NCBI GenBank assembly: GCA_030606485.1
Contig: JAUWGH010000005.1
Coordinates: 180,001 to 212,000 of the forward strand
Direction: 5' to 3'
Origin: Promethearchaeota archaeon
GTDB taxonomy: Archaea > Asgardarchaeota > Lokiarchaeia > Sigyniarchaeales > SOKP01
DNA length: 32,000 bases
Made by a program: the position numbers and the translations under genes. The notes below the pieces were generated by a model, which did not search any database, was not told where the DNA came from, and was given only the letters and a program-made list of their open reading frames with translations. Of this stretch, positions 1 through 9,875 are shown piece after piece (the stretch's first letter is position 1; every line of letters starts with the position of its first letter).

Positions 1-1
1 A

Positions 2-1600
2 AGGACTGAAGCAGAATTACTTTTAAAAGTTCAAGAACATATGTTATCTCCTCGTTTTGGTGGACCAATAATAGGTGGAATTCAGGATTTTATATCTACT
101 GTTTATCAATTTACAAGTAAGGACTCTGTTTATAATATTAAGGATACTTTAAAATTATTATATTTAGGTAGAATATTTGACACAAATCCAGATTTTTCAA
201 TAAATGATTTAACACCAGTAATAACTGATCCAGAACCAAAATATTCTGGAAAGTCAATTTTTAGTGCATTATTTCCAAAAGACTTAAATTTACGGCAAAG
301 ATCAAAGTTTTGCAAGAAATGTGACGTATGTAAAGAGTATGATTGTGAATTTGATGCATATGTTCATATTGAAAACGGGAATTTGTTAACTGGAACTATT
401 GATGAAGCAACTTTTGGAGCAATGAAACCAAATAGTATTTTACACCGAATAATAAAAGATAATGGAAATGAAAGAGGGAGAGTGTTTTTGGATAATTCGA
501 TACAAATGCTCCTTCATGTAATCAGAATGAATGGGATTACTATTGGTCTAGATGAAGTTTTTGTAAAAGGTGATGCAATGGAAGAAATCATAAATGCTCT
601 AGATAAAGCAAATATAGAATGTGAAGAACTCATAAAAGCATACCATAATAAAGATGACACTATTTTATCTCGAGCCCCAGGAAGAACTTTAAAAGAAACT
701 TTGGAATTAAGAATTAGAGGGATATTAAACGATGCAAGAAAGAAAGCTGAAACGATTGCCTCCATTGATATTGGAGATCAAGCCCATTCGGTTATAATGA
801 CAAAGTCTGGAGCGCGAGGTAATCCTCTAAATCTTGGTCAAATGGCTGCAGTGGTTGGGCAACAAGCAATTCGGGGAGAAAGAATACATCGAGGTTATAT
901 GAAGAGAACATTACCTCACTATAAGATTAATGATCTCTCTGCTAAAGCAAGAGGATTTGTTTCCTCATCATATCGAAAAGGTTTAAATCCTGAAGAGTTT
1001 TTCTTCCATTCAATGGGTGGTAGAGAGGGACTTGTTGATACTGCTGTTAGAACCAGTCAGAGTGGATATATGCAAAGAAGGTTAGTTAATGCATTACAAG
1101 ATGTAATTGTTGAAAATGATAATACTGTAAGAGATGCTAATAAGAGTATTGTTCAATTTCAATTTGGCGATGATGGAATTGACCCCTCTAAGAGCGACCA
1201 TGGTTTAGCAATAAACCTTGATCTTTTAATATTAAAAGCCAAAGCGTTAAAATCTATCAAGAAAATACCAATTATTAAAACTTCGGTGAAAAAAGCACCA
1301 GTGAAAAAAGCACCAGTGAAAAAAGCACCAGTGAAAAAAGCACCAGTGAAAAAAGCACCAGTGAAAAAAGCATCAGTGAAAAAAGTTCCAGTAAAAAAAG
1401 CATCAGTGAAAAAAGTTCCAGTAAAAAAAACAAAAAAAAAAATTCTAAAGCAACCAACGAAAAAAGATAAAAAAAGTCCTGATGAAGAATCTATAATCCA
1501 AGAATTTGAAAATGAAACGGGGAAAAAGGCAATCTGGCGTGGAAAACAAACAAAACAATTTAATGAATGGAAAAAAGAAAAATATGGAGTTAAAAAATAA
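2..1600 (+). CDS. rpoA1: DNA-directed RNA polymerase subunit A' (Rpo1N), 5'-truncated by window edge, with long basic C-terminal extension
   Basis: Frame is open from base 2 (RTEAELLLKVQEHMLSPRFGGPIIGGIQD). Motifs SGARGN, FFFHSMGGREGLVDTAVRTSQSGYMQRRL (bridge helix) and QFGDDGIDP are present. Followed by rpoA2. Confidence 0.98.
   Translation, partial: RTEAELLLKVQEHMLSPRFGGPIIGGIQDFISTVYQFTSKDSVYNIKDTLKLLYLGRIFDTNPDFSINDLTPVITDPEPKYSGKSIFSALFPKDLNLRQRSKFCKKCDVCKEYDCEFDAYVHIENGNLLTGTIDEATFGAMKPNSILHRIIKDNGNERGRVFLDNSIQMLLHVIRMNGITIGLDEVFVKGDAMEEIINALDKANIECEELIKAYHNKDDTILSRAPGRTLKETLELRIRGILNDARKKAETIASIDIGDQAHSVIMTKSGARGNPLNLGQMAAVVGQQAIRGERIHRGYMKRTLPHYKINDLSAKARGFVSSSYRKGLNPEEFFFHSMGGREGLVDTAVRTSQSGYMQRRLVNALQDVIVENDNTVRDANKSIVQFQFGDDGIDPSKSDHGLAINLDLLILKAKALKSIKKIPIIKTSVKKAPVKKAPVKKAPVKKAPVKKAPVKKASVKKVPVKKASVKKVPVKKTKKKILKQPTKKDKKSPDEESIIQEFENETGKKAIWRGKQTKQFNEWKKEKYGVKK
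1286..1435 (+). repeat. 15-bp coding tandem repeat (GTGAAAAAAGCACCA) encoding VKKAP-type pentapeptides
   Basis: Five perfect units at 1286-1360, then four variants (VKKAS/VKKVP alternating) and one degenerate unit (VKKTK). Confidence 0.97.
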
Positions 1601-1627
1601 AATTTTACAATCTAGAGGTAAAAATTA

Positions 1628-2863
1628 ATGTCAAAAGCGTCGGAAAGATATATCGTTAATTCTTTAGAAAGTCTTGAAAAAGATGGAATTCCTCATGATT
1701 TATTAGAACGTGCTAAAGAAAAATTAATGAAGGAACAACTAACTGAATCTCAAATAGATTACTTAGCAGATAGACTTTACATTATATATATGAATTCACT
1801 AGTAGAGCCTGCTGAACCAGTTGGAACAGTTGCGGCTCAGAGTATAGGAGAACCAGGAACACAGATGACTTTGCGGACGTTTCATTACGCAGGCGTTGCA
1901 GAATTCTCGGTTACTCAAGGTCTTCCACGTTTAATCGAATTAGTTGATGCTCGCCGATTTCCTTCAACTCCAATTATGAAAATATTTTTAGAAGAAGAAT
2001 ATGCTCATGATGAAGAAAAAGCTAAAGAAGTTCATAATCGTATTGAACAAATCAGAATTGAAAATATTACATATGATGTAGATTTAGATTTCATAGAATG
2101 GCGTATCCACATCAACTTAATCCCAGAAATGTTAAAAAAAAAAGGTATAAGTATTGATGAAATTCCCAAGATTTTAAAACGTTACAAAAAAAAAGGTTCA
2201 ATTAAAAAAGAACAAAATTCGATTATAATAGATCCTGGAATAGAAGATTTACAAAAACTTCAAAAACTAAGAGAAAAAATCCTAAAGAAAGTAATTAAGG
2301 GAGTAAGAGGTATAAAGAGAGGATTAATAACAAAGGATTCAAAGGTTAATGAATGGATAATACAGACAGAAGGAACTAATTTACAAGGCGTTATTGAGAT
2401 TGAAGGTGTAGATTCAACAAGAACCTACTCAAATCATATTCATGAGGTTCAAAAAATTTTCGGAATCGAAGCAGCTCGAAACCTCTTAATTAATGAAGCA
2501 TTGCAAGTTCTTGAAGATCAAGGTTTAGATGTTGATTTAAGGCATCTACTGATTTTGTCAGACTTAATGTGTCAAAATGGAACAGTTTTATCTATTGGAC
2601 GGCATGGAATTTCAGGATCAAAGTCTAGCGTTTTTGCAAGAGCTGCTTTTGAAGTAACAGTTAATCAATTGTTGGACGCTGGGATATATGGTGAGGAAGA
2701 ACTTTTACTAGGAATTCCTGAGAATGTAATCATCGGACAGATTGTACCAATGGGAACAGGAGGAGTTGAACTTATGATGTCTTTAGATGATAATTTAAAG
2801 ATCTTAAAGGAAAAAGAAAAGAAAGAGAAAAAATTATTATCAGAAGATTTAAATGATGAATGA
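1628..2863 (+). CDS. rpoA2: DNA-directed RNA polymerase subunit A'' (Rpo1C)
   Basis: [27 protein letters not shown] (trigger loop), [14 protein letters not shown] and ENVIIGQ motifs. GAGGT SD-like element upstream. Confidence 0.98.
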   Translation: MSKASERYIVNSLESLEKDGIPHDLLERAKEKLMKEQLTESQIDYLADRLYIIYMNSLVEPAEPVGTVAAQSIGEPGTQMTLRTFHYAGVAEFSVTQGLPRLIELVDARRFPSTPIMKIFLEEEYAHDEEKAKEVHNRIEQIRIENITYDVDLDFIEWRIHINLIPEMLKKKGISIDEIPKILKRYKKKGSIKKEQNSIIIDPGIEDLQKLQKLREKILKKVIKGVRGIKRGLITKDSKVNEWIIQTEGTNLQGVIEIEGVDSTRTYSNHIHEVQKIFGIEAARNLLINEALQVLEDQGLDVDLRHLLILSDLMCQNGTVLSIGRHGISGSKSSVFARAAFEVTVNQLLDAGIYGEEELLLGIPENVIIGQIVPMGTGGVELMMSLDDNLKILKEKEKKEKKLLSEDLNDE

Positions 2864-2978
2864 TAAAGATTTTATTTATCAATACATAACTTATTAAATA
2901 TAAAGGTTATAAAGAATTAATTATTTAATAATTGAAAACAAACCTATTATTCCAAAAAATTCTGCGGGAAAAACAAGG

Positions 2979-3341
2979 ATGTCTACCAAAAGTTTTGTCT
3001 CTAAATATAAAACGGAACGAAAAAGAAAAGAAAAAGAATTCGACGTTAGAAAAAACATTAATATTGCAGTTAAAAGTGGAAATGTAATTATTGGTTCAAA
3101 AAGAATCATACAAGAGATAAGACTTCATAGATTTAAAATGATTATACTGGCTGATAATTGTCCTGCGAATATTGAGAATAAGATTAGATATCAAAATTCT
3201 CTTTTAGATGACCCTATTTTTTTATATAAATTCAATTCTTCAAGTTGGGAGTTAGGTTTAGCTTGTGGAAAACCTTTTATGGTTTCAACATTGGGAGTTT
3301 ATGACGAAGGAGATTCGGATCTATTACAATTAATAAAATGA
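2979..3341 (+). CDS. rpl30e: 50S ribosomal protein L30e
   Basis: AVKSGNVIIGSK, IILADNCP and ELGLACGKPFMVSTLGVYDEGDS motifs; canonical position after rpoA2. Confidence 0.95.
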   Translation: MSTKSFVSKYKTERKRKEKEFDVRKNINIAVKSGNVIIGSKRIIQEIRLHRFKMIILADNCPANIENKIRYQNSLLDDPIFLYKFNSSSWELGLACGKPFMVSTLGVYDEGDSDLLQLIK

Positions 3342-3363
3342 AATCATTTAATGAGGAATTCTA

Positions 3364-3825
3364 ATGCATAGAAAAGCTGTTAAAATTGATGAGGAATCTA
3401 TAAAGTTAATTTCTCTATTTAATAATTTAACTGGTGCTGTTGTTAAAGATTGCATTGTGGTCCCTGGAAAAATGGGAGTACGAGATAAGGTCATATTTCT
3501 TGTATTAAAAGAAGATGTAGGAAAAGCAATTGGTAGAAATGGAGAGAATGTTAAAGTTTTAAAGGAAAAACTACAGAAAACTATAGATATAATTGGATTT
3601 TCCGAAGATATTAAAGAATTTATTCAAAATATTCTTAATACAAGTAAAGTCCGTAATGTTGAAATTAGAGAAAATATCAGCGGAAAAAAAACTATAATAA
3701 TTACAGTTAACCCTGAAGATAAGGGGAAAGCCATCGGAAAGAATGGAATAATGATAAAGAAAACTAAACTCCTCGTACTACGACATTTTAATGTTGATAA
3801 TTGTATTATCAACACGAAAAATTAA
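3364..3825 (+). CDS. nusA: Archaeal NusA-like transcription factor (two KH domains)
   Basis: GKAIGRNGENV and GKAIGKNG KH motifs; canonical position after L30e. Confidence 0.95.
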   Translation: MHRKAVKIDEESIKLISLFNNLTGAVVKDCIVVPGKMGVRDKVIFLVLKEDVGKAIGRNGENVKVLKEKLQKTIDIIGFSEDIKEFIQNILNTSKVRNVEIRENISGKKTIIITVNPEDKGKAIGKNGIMIKKTKLLVLRHFNVDNCIINTKN

Positions 3826-3966
3826 ATTTATTTGTAGTTTTTTCACTTCTAAATTTTTAATAAATAGTGAAAGTAAAAAAATGAATCTAAATTAAGAAAA
3901 ATGGAAGACCTCTTAATTCCAAGATGAATTGCCAAAGAAAAGGAAAGAAATCGCTAAATTTATGTG

Positions 3967-4398
3967 CTAGCGCATAGATTTTTCTCGCTTTCCAGATACT
4001 AAAGCTTCTAAACTTACTCCGTTAACCTTTGTTACTTTCCACCTAACACCAGGTAAATCACCTACTGCCCTTCCCTTTGCACCACCTATGCCCTCTACCA
4101 ATACAGTGTCATGCTCCTGGATGAAGTTAAGCGCACCATCACCCGGAAGAAAACAAGTTATAGTTTTGCCGTTTTTTCTTAATTGGACTCTAAGACATTT
4201 ACGTATTGCACTGTTAGGTTGTTTACTCTCTCTGCCCACCTTCTCAAGCACTATTGCTTCAGCGGCTGGAGCTCCTTGTAATGGATCTGCTTTTTGTTTT
4301 AATTTAAGTTTTTTTCTTTTATATTTTGTCTTACTCCATCTAAATTTTTTCCTATTTCGTTTTAGTGCTTTGGCACTATATAGACCCTTAGGCGGCAT
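3967..4398 (-). CDS. rps12: 30S ribosomal protein S12 (uS12/S23e)
   Basis: [21 protein letters not shown] and [10 protein letters not shown] motifs. Confidence 0.98.
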   Translation of the reverse strand: MPPKGLYSAKALKRNRKKFRWSKTKYKRKKLKLKQKADPLQGAPAAEAIVLEKVGRESKQPNSAIRKCLRVQLRKNGKTITCFLPGDGALNFIQEHDTVLVEGIGGAKGRAVGDLPGVRWKVTKVNGVSLEALVSGKREKSMR

Positions 4399-4586
4399 TT
4401 AAAACTCAATTTATTGTGAAATTTTTTTTGTTATATTTTAATATTTAATCACTTTAATTAAATTTTACTGTTATTTTCGCTTCATTACTTTCTAATTTTT
4501 CTTTAGGAGAAAGATAAATTTAAGAGAAATGGAATTTTATATTCAACAATAGATATTTTTGATTGTTATGGTGTTAAATTGAATAT

Positions 4587-5204
4587 ATGAGCAAAACAAA
4601 GAAAAAACCTACAATAAAATTTTTTAATAAATGGGATTTCGATATTGAAATTCATGATTATAGCTTAGAGAGATACATTAATTTAAAGCCAATTATAATA
4701 CCAGATTCTCAAGGTCGCCATACGCACAAAAGATTTTGGAAATCTAATATATCTATTGCAGAACGTTTAATTAATAAACTTCAATCTCCGGGTTATATAA
4801 GTGGAAAAGTAAAGGGCCATAAAAGCTCTTATAATTCAGGTAAAAAAAGTAAACTAATTAAATTGGTTGAGACTGCATTTTCATTAATTGAGTTAAAAAC
4901 TGGTATGAATCCCTTGCAAGTGTTAATTAATGCAATTGAAAATGTTGCCCCTAGAGAGGAAACTACAAAAATAGCAATGGGTGGTATTTCATATGCAAGT
5001 GCTGTTGATATTGCTCCGCAACGTCGAGTAGACCTTGCATTAAAATTACTTGTTCATGCTATGGTTAATATTACTCATGATAATATAATTACAATTGAAG
5101 AAGCCATCGCCCAGGAATTAATAGCGGCTTCAAAAAAAAGTCAAAATTCTAAAGCAATTAAAAGAAAGGACGAAATTGAAAGAATTGCCATTTCTGCTCG
5201 ATAG
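4587..5204 (+). CDS. rps7: 30S ribosomal protein S7 (uS7)
   Basis: NPLQVLINAIENVAPREETT, AVDIAPQRRVDLAL and KDEIERIAISAR motifs. Confidence 0.98.
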   Translation: MSKTKKKPTIKFFNKWDFDIEIHDYSLERYINLKPIIIPDSQGRHTHKRFWKSNISIAERLINKLQSPGYISGKVKGHKSSYNSGKKSKLIKLVETAFSLIELKTGMNPLQVLINAIENVAPREETTKIAMGGISYASAVDIAPQRRVDLALKLLVHAMVNITHDNIITIEEAIAQELIAASKKSQNSKAIKRKDEIERIAISAR

Positions 5205-5379
5205 TTAGAACTTTACTCTTACTATATTTTTCTTAATTATTTACCATATTCTAAAATGATTTTTGTCGGAAGGGATAATGAAAATCCTTACTTTTTCCCA
5301 ATTATATGGTATTAGCAAATTTTATATTTGTATTTGGTTAAATCTAGTTTAAAAAAGAAGAAAAAATTAACACAATAAT

Positions 5380-7509
5380 TTGAATACAAAAGACAGTTCA
5401 AGTAATTTAGAAAAGCATTTGCAAATTATTGGAAAAAATATAAGATTACGAATTCTCAAGATTTTATATGAAATAAACAGCCCAATTCCATTTATGGCTT
5501 TAAAGAGAAGAATTTTAGAAGAAAAAGGGGATAGCAGTAAAATTTCATATCATTTAAACATTCTAAAAGAAAACAATTTCATATTATCAGGAGACGAAGG
5601 TTATTTCTTAACAAAATTGGGTGGGAGAATATTGGAGAAATTATTAGACATAGGAGATATAATTAATGAAGAAAAAAGAAATCTTCAAATCCGAACATCA
5701 AATTATACTTTTGAACTATTTGATTTAAAGAAAATCGTCGAATACTTAATTCGAGAATCAGAGATGCCAGAAAAATTAGCAAGGAAAATTGCAAATGAAG
5801 TAAAGTTAAAGTTATCTAATTCAAAAGTAAATTACTTAACTACTCCTCTAATAAGAGAATATTTAAATGGCATTTTAATTGAAAAGGGTTTTGAGGAATA
5901 TAGACACAAACTTACACGATTAGGCTTACCACCTTTCGAGGTAGAATCCTTAATAAGAAGCCAGCAATTTTCTGATCCTAAAGAATTTTTAAAAAAATTG
6001 GGTAGTGAAGTATCAGAGCAATATCTATTATTAAATTTATTACCACGAGAATTCGCAGATCTCTATCTTTCAGGTCAGATATCGTTATTACATCTAGATT
6101 CTTGGGCTTTACGCCCTTTGTCTATTTCTATTTCTAATTTAGAGAATACAAATAATTTGGATAAAAGTTTTCTAAAAATCGATGAAACTCTTGAAAAAAC
6201 CCAAATAAAATCTTATTTCTCAAATTTTATCTCAATTCTAACTGATATTAAGAAATTTTTTAATGAAGATATTTTGTTAAATAGGTTTAATGAAATATTA
6301 CTTTCAATACTTTCAAGATTTAATCAAAAAGATACTAAAGGTTTATTATTATTCCTTTTAGAACATTTCTTTAAATTAAATTTAAATTTAAATTTAGGAA
6401 AATCTCAAATCAGTTTAGATTTTTCACACGGTTTTTTACGAAAGAGAGAATTTGACCCGAGTCTTATCACAGAATTAGAGATTGATTTGATTGAATCAAT
6501 AAAAATTGATCCATTTCGAAATTTTGTTCATTTAAATCCATTGATGTTATATGATTGTAGTGATATTAATTCTCAAAACTTCAAGGAAAGTGTTCTTACT
6601 CGATTTTTCGATATAATTGATAAATCAAATTTGCTTTTCTATAGAAATCGAGGTTCAAATCCTATAAACAATATATTAACTTCAATAACTCAAGATTTTG
6701 ATTCTATCCATAATTCATTTAACAAAATATTATTGGATAAAATCTTTATAAATTTACCAAAAATTGCATTAGAATCAAAACAAAATGATCAACACTTTCT
6801 AGAATTATTAGATTTAAATATCACAGCGGTATTTGAAATTTTTAAAATAAAACAAGATTTAATAAAAAAATATTTAAATTCATTTCATCATTGGAAGTCT
6901 CTTTCTAGAATTCTCTTTAATAATGAAAATTGTATATTACCAGATCATGTTTTTAAAGCAATCAGTTTTTTTGGTTTAAATGAATCTATTCTATATCATT
7001 GTAATATCGAGCTAGATCGAATTGACCAAAGTCAAGAGTTTGCAAAACAAATTTTAACTACAATTAAAAACAGAATAAATGAAATAAATAATGAACAAAA
7101 TGAATACTTCATTTTCTCCCAGCCTCATATAGGTAATTATCTTATGAATAGATGGAATTTTGAATTTGATAATATTTCTCATAAGTATGATAGTTTCAGT
7201 ACAGAATTCATACGGTTTGAATCAAAATTGAATTTTGAAAAAAAAGTATCATTATTTAAAACATTTCAAAAAATAGTAAATGGGGGCACACTTTTTAACA
7301 TATTGTTACCTGATTCAAAAAATATAGAAGATTTCCATGAAAAAGTAAAATATTTAATTACATATGGGATTCATTATTTTTGTTTTTCATCAAAACAATT
7401 AAATTATTACAATGAATCTATTGACAGAAAAGGTATTCTTATAAGACCAGACACTCAATATATAGATTCTGATTTCTTAAATAAAGAAATTGTAAAGAGA
7501 TATTTATAA
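5380..7509 (+). CDS. ArsR-type winged HTH + ATP-cone + class III ribonucleotide reductase (NrdD)-like barrel, apparently catalytically inactive
   Basis: TTG start. Residues ~10-95 wHTH (IRLRILKIL...KISYHLNILKENNFI...GYFLTKLG); ~102-175 ATP cone (QIRTS...FDLKKIVEYLIRE...LTTPLIREYLNGILIEKGFEEYR). NrdD-like segments LTRLGLP, ADLYLSGQI and INLPKIALES follow. No RxxGY glycyl-radical motif. Confidence 0.8.
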   Translation: MNTKDSSSNLEKHLQIIGKNIRLRILKILYEINSPIPFMALKRRILEEKGDSSKISYHLNILKENNFILSGDEGYFLTKLGGRILEKLLDIGDIINEEKRNLQIRTSNYTFELFDLKKIVEYLIRESEMPEKLARKIANEVKLKLSNSKVNYLTTPLIREYLNGILIEKGFEEYRHKLTRLGLPPFEVESLIRSQQFSDPKEFLKKLGSEVSEQYLLLNLLPREFADLYLSGQISLLHLDSWALRPLSISISNLENTNNLDKSFLKIDETLEKTQIKSYFSNFISILTDIKKFFNEDILLNRFNEILLSILSRFNQKDTKGLLLFLLEHFFKLNLNLNLGKSQISLDFSHGFLRKREFDPSLITELEIDLIESIKIDPFRNFVHLNPLMLYDCSDINSQNFKESVLTRFFDIIDKSNLLFYRNRGSNPINNILTSITQDFDSIHNSFNKILLDKIFINLPKIALESKQNDQHFLELLDLNITAVFEIFKIKQDLIKKYLNSFHHWKSLSRILFNNENCILPDHVFKAISFFGLNESILYHCNIELDRIDQSQEFAKQILTTIKNRINEINNEQNEYFIFSQPHIGNYLMNRWNFEFDNISHKYDSFSTEFIRFESKLNFEKKVSLFKTFQKIVNGGTLFNILLPDSKNIEDFHEKVKYLITYGIHYFCFSSKQLNYYNESIDRKGILIRPDTQYIDSDFLNKEIVKRYL

Positions 7510-7546
7510 AATCTTTCAGCACTTAATATATCTTGATTTTTAAAAT

Positions 7547-8479
7547 CTATACAAAATTATTTCCTTTTAATACTAATGCAAGCAGTGCCATTCTTAGATA
7601 AAGTCCATATTTCATCTGTTTAAAATAAATTGCTTTAGGAGATTTGTCAATATCGGGAGATATTTCACCTACTCTTGGTAAAGGATGCATTAGACGAAAA
7701 TTCTCTTTTGTATTATCTAAATCCTTCTTAGTTAGAACATATACATCTTTAACTTTTTCATATTCTTCTGGTTCTAAAAAACGTTCTTCTTGAATTCGTG
7801 TCATATACAAAATGTCTAATATTGGTAACATCTCCTTAAATTTTTCAGTTTCTTTAAATTTCATCTTTTTGTCATATAGCCAGTCAGTAATTCTAAATCG
7901 CATTTTCAATGAAGCAGGAGATATTAAATATAAATTTATATTATAATTACTAAAAAGATAGGCTAGCGAATGAACTGTCCGGCCATATTTTAAATCACCA
8001 CAGAGTCCAATATTTAGTCCATCAATGGTCCCACATTCTTCTTTGATTGTAAATAAATCTAATAACGCCTGTGTAGGGTGTTCTGCGCTTCCTGATCCAC
8101 CATTAATAATCGGAATTGACGAAAATTTGGCTGCCATACGTGCTACACCTTCCAAAGGATGACGTATTACAATAATATCTGAATAATTTTCAACTGTCCT
8201 AATTGTATCTGCAATAGATTCTCCCTTTTTAACTGATGAGACATCTCGAGTTTGAAATCCAATAACTTTTCCTCCTAATCTAAGCATTGCAGATTCAAAA
8301 CTTAATCTTGTTCTGGTTGAAGGTTCAAAAAATAAAGCAGCCATTATTTTATTATCTAATAATTTAGAATATTTATTATTTACCATCTTTTTACCGATTT
8401 CCAGAATAAAATCAATTTCTTCCCTAGTAAAATCTCTTGCACTTAATATATGCTGGTTTTTAAAATCCCTCATTATCAT
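7547..8479 (-). CDS. pyrB: Aspartate carbamoyltransferase catalytic subunit
   Basis: FFEPSTRTRLSFE, HPTQALLD and MHPLPR motifs. Confidence 0.98.
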   Translation of the reverse strand: MIMRDFKNQHILSARDFTREEIDFILEIGKKMVNNKYSKLLDNKIMAALFFEPSTRTRLSFESAMLRLGGKVIGFQTRDVSSVKKGESIADTIRTVENYSDIIVIRHPLEGVARMAAKFSSIPIINGGSGSAEHPTQALLDLFTIKEECGTIDGLNIGLCGDLKYGRTVHSLAYLFSNYNINLYLISPASLKMRFRITDWLYDKKMKFKETEKFKEMLPILDILYMTRIQEERFLEPEEYEKVKDVYVLTKKDLDNTKENFRLMHPLPRVGEISPDIDKSPKAIYFKQMKYGLYLRMALLALVLKGNNFV

Positions 8480-8616
8480 TTAGGAAGTTTTTTTATTATA
8501 TAAAAATTTTCTTGAAATATAATAATTCTTAAAATAAGTTTTGAAACTTACTTTTTGTGATAAAATTTAAAATTTATCAATTTTTATTTTCTATATATTA
8601 ACGAGAAAAAACATTT

Positions 8617-8898
8617 ATGAAGTATCCCAAGATCCAAAGAAGATATTGTAAACATTGTAATAAGCATACAGAACACAAGGTAACTATTTATAAAAAAGGA
8701 AAAGAGCGATCAAAAGCGGAAGGCAAAAGAAGATACGAGCGAAAGAAAAAAGGCTATGGTTCGCAGCCCAAGCCAGTTCAGCATAATTTTGCCAAAATTA
8801 ACAAGAGATCTACGCCTGTATTTCAATGTACGGAGTGTTCAAAAAAGTCAATTGGTAAATCTTATCGAGTAAAACGATTTGAATTAATTGAAGTATAA
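8617..8898 (+). CDS. rpl44e: 50S ribosomal protein L44e (eL42)
   Basis: [22 protein letters not shown] and QCTEC motifs. Confidence 0.96.
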   Translation: MKYPKIQRRYCKHCNKHTEHKVTIYKKGKERSKAEGKRRYERKKKGYGSQPKPVQHNFAKINKRSTPVFQCTECSKKSIGKSYRVKRFELIEV

Positions 8899-8920
8899 AA
8901 AAAAAAGGAATAAAAAAAAA

Positions 8921-9121
8921 ATGTCAAGAGAAATTCGAAAATTAATACCAAGTCCTAAATCAAGATTCCTGGGCGTCAAATGTTTGAATTGCGGTAATGA
9001 ACAAGTCATTTTTGGTTGTGCTTCCACTAAAGTTGTTTGTCATGTATGTGGAAAGCCTTTAACACAATCTACTGGAGGTAAAGCTAATATTTTAACAAAA
9101 ATTTTAGAAGTTTTAACCTAA
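8921..9121 (+). CDS. rps27e: 30S ribosomal protein S27e
   Basis: [20 protein letters not shown]...[16 protein letters not shown]. The ATG at 8921 is preferred over the ORF-track start at 8888, which overlaps L44e. Confidence 0.95.
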   Translation: MSREIRKLIPSPKSRFLGVKCLNCGNEQVIFGCASTKVVCHVCGKPLTQSTGGKANILTKILEVLT

Positions 9122-9128
9122 AAAAGAA

Positions 9129-9464
9129 TTAATATTCACGCCAAGTAAATTTACATTTTGTGCAACGAAAAAAAGTTGTTGATCCTTCATCTGCCGAACG
9201 TGTTTGGGATTGCCAATATTCTGCTTCTTTATTTCCACATTTTCTACATTCTGACTTAGTTATTGGATAAATTATAGCATTTATTTCTGGTAAGACAATT
9301 GTTTTATCTGAATATTTTTTGATTTTACTTTTAGATATCATTTCCTTTTCTAGTATATCTTCTTCAAACGGTTCTGAATATCCGCAAGCACAAGAATAAA
9401 TAAATTTCTTATCAATTATTTTCTTTCGTAATAAATTATTACATTTTGGACAAAATTTAACCAT
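9129..9464 (-). CDS. tfs: Transcription factor S (TFS/RpoM, transcript cleavage factor)
   Basis: Two Zn ribbons (FCPKCNNLL...CACG; CRKCGN...CTKC) and the QTRSADE acidic hairpin. Confidence 0.95.
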   Translation of the reverse strand: MVKFCPKCNNLLRKKIIDKKFIYSCACGYSEPFEEDILEKEMISKSKIKKYSDKTIVLPEINAIIYPITKSECRKCGNKEAEYWQSQTRSADEGSTTFFRCTKCKFTWREY

Positions 9465-9539
9465 TTTCTTATATTCACAGTAAATTTCTCTTAAGTTCAG
9501 AAATAAAACAAGCCATAATAGGATTTCGAATACTTAATT

Positions 9540-9875
9540 TTATAAAAAATCTTTTTTTAAGTGATAAATCTTTTCATAATATTCATAATTCAACATATTC
9601 ATATTTTGAATAAATTTCGCCTTCAGATTCTTTTCACCTTCAACATTTATTTCCAATTCACCAATTACATTAATTAATAAATCTTTTTTAATAGAAAAAT
9701 CACTTTTTTCGAAAGTAACCTTGATTTCTCCTGAATTATCTTTTAAAATAAACTCTGAATTGGATATTGTTTCCTTAATATATCCAATAATTTGAATTCT
9801 AACATCATCGCTTTTTAAATCACCAATAATCCTTTGTATTGCTGGTGATTTGGGTTTAAAGAATTGCTCAGACAA
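9540..9875 (-). CDS. Small OB-fold protein, replication protein A 14 kDa (RPA3)-like subunit
   Basis: TTG start. PAIQRIIGDL..DDVRIQIIG...FILKDNSGEI...INVIG pattern resembles Thermococcales RPA14 (recalled similarity). Divergent from PCNA. Confidence 0.7.
   Translation of the reverse strand: MSEQFFKPKSPAIQRIIGDLKSDDVRIQIIGYIKETISNSEFILKDNSGEIKVTFEKSDFSIKKDLLINVIGELEINVEGEKNLKAKFIQNMNMLNYEYYEKIYHLKKDFL

Noticed and set aside
298-360. CxxCxxCxxxxC insert in RNAP A'
   Set aside because: A zinc site at this position is a known feature of archaeal A' subunits.
1286-1435. Tandem repeat as a CRISPR array
   Set aside because: Contiguous 15-bp units without spacers, in frame within rpoA1.
1275-1457. 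Minus-strand ORF with FSLVL repeats
   Set aside because: It is the antisense reading of the VKKAP coding repeat; no independent evidence.
3841-3872. TTTCACT...AGTGAAA inverted repeat between nusA and rps12
   Set aside because: Only 7 bp, AT-rich, with an 18-nt loop; too weak to call a terminator or inversion site.
4088-4402. 104-aa plus-strand ORF
   Set aside because: Antisense shadow of rps12.
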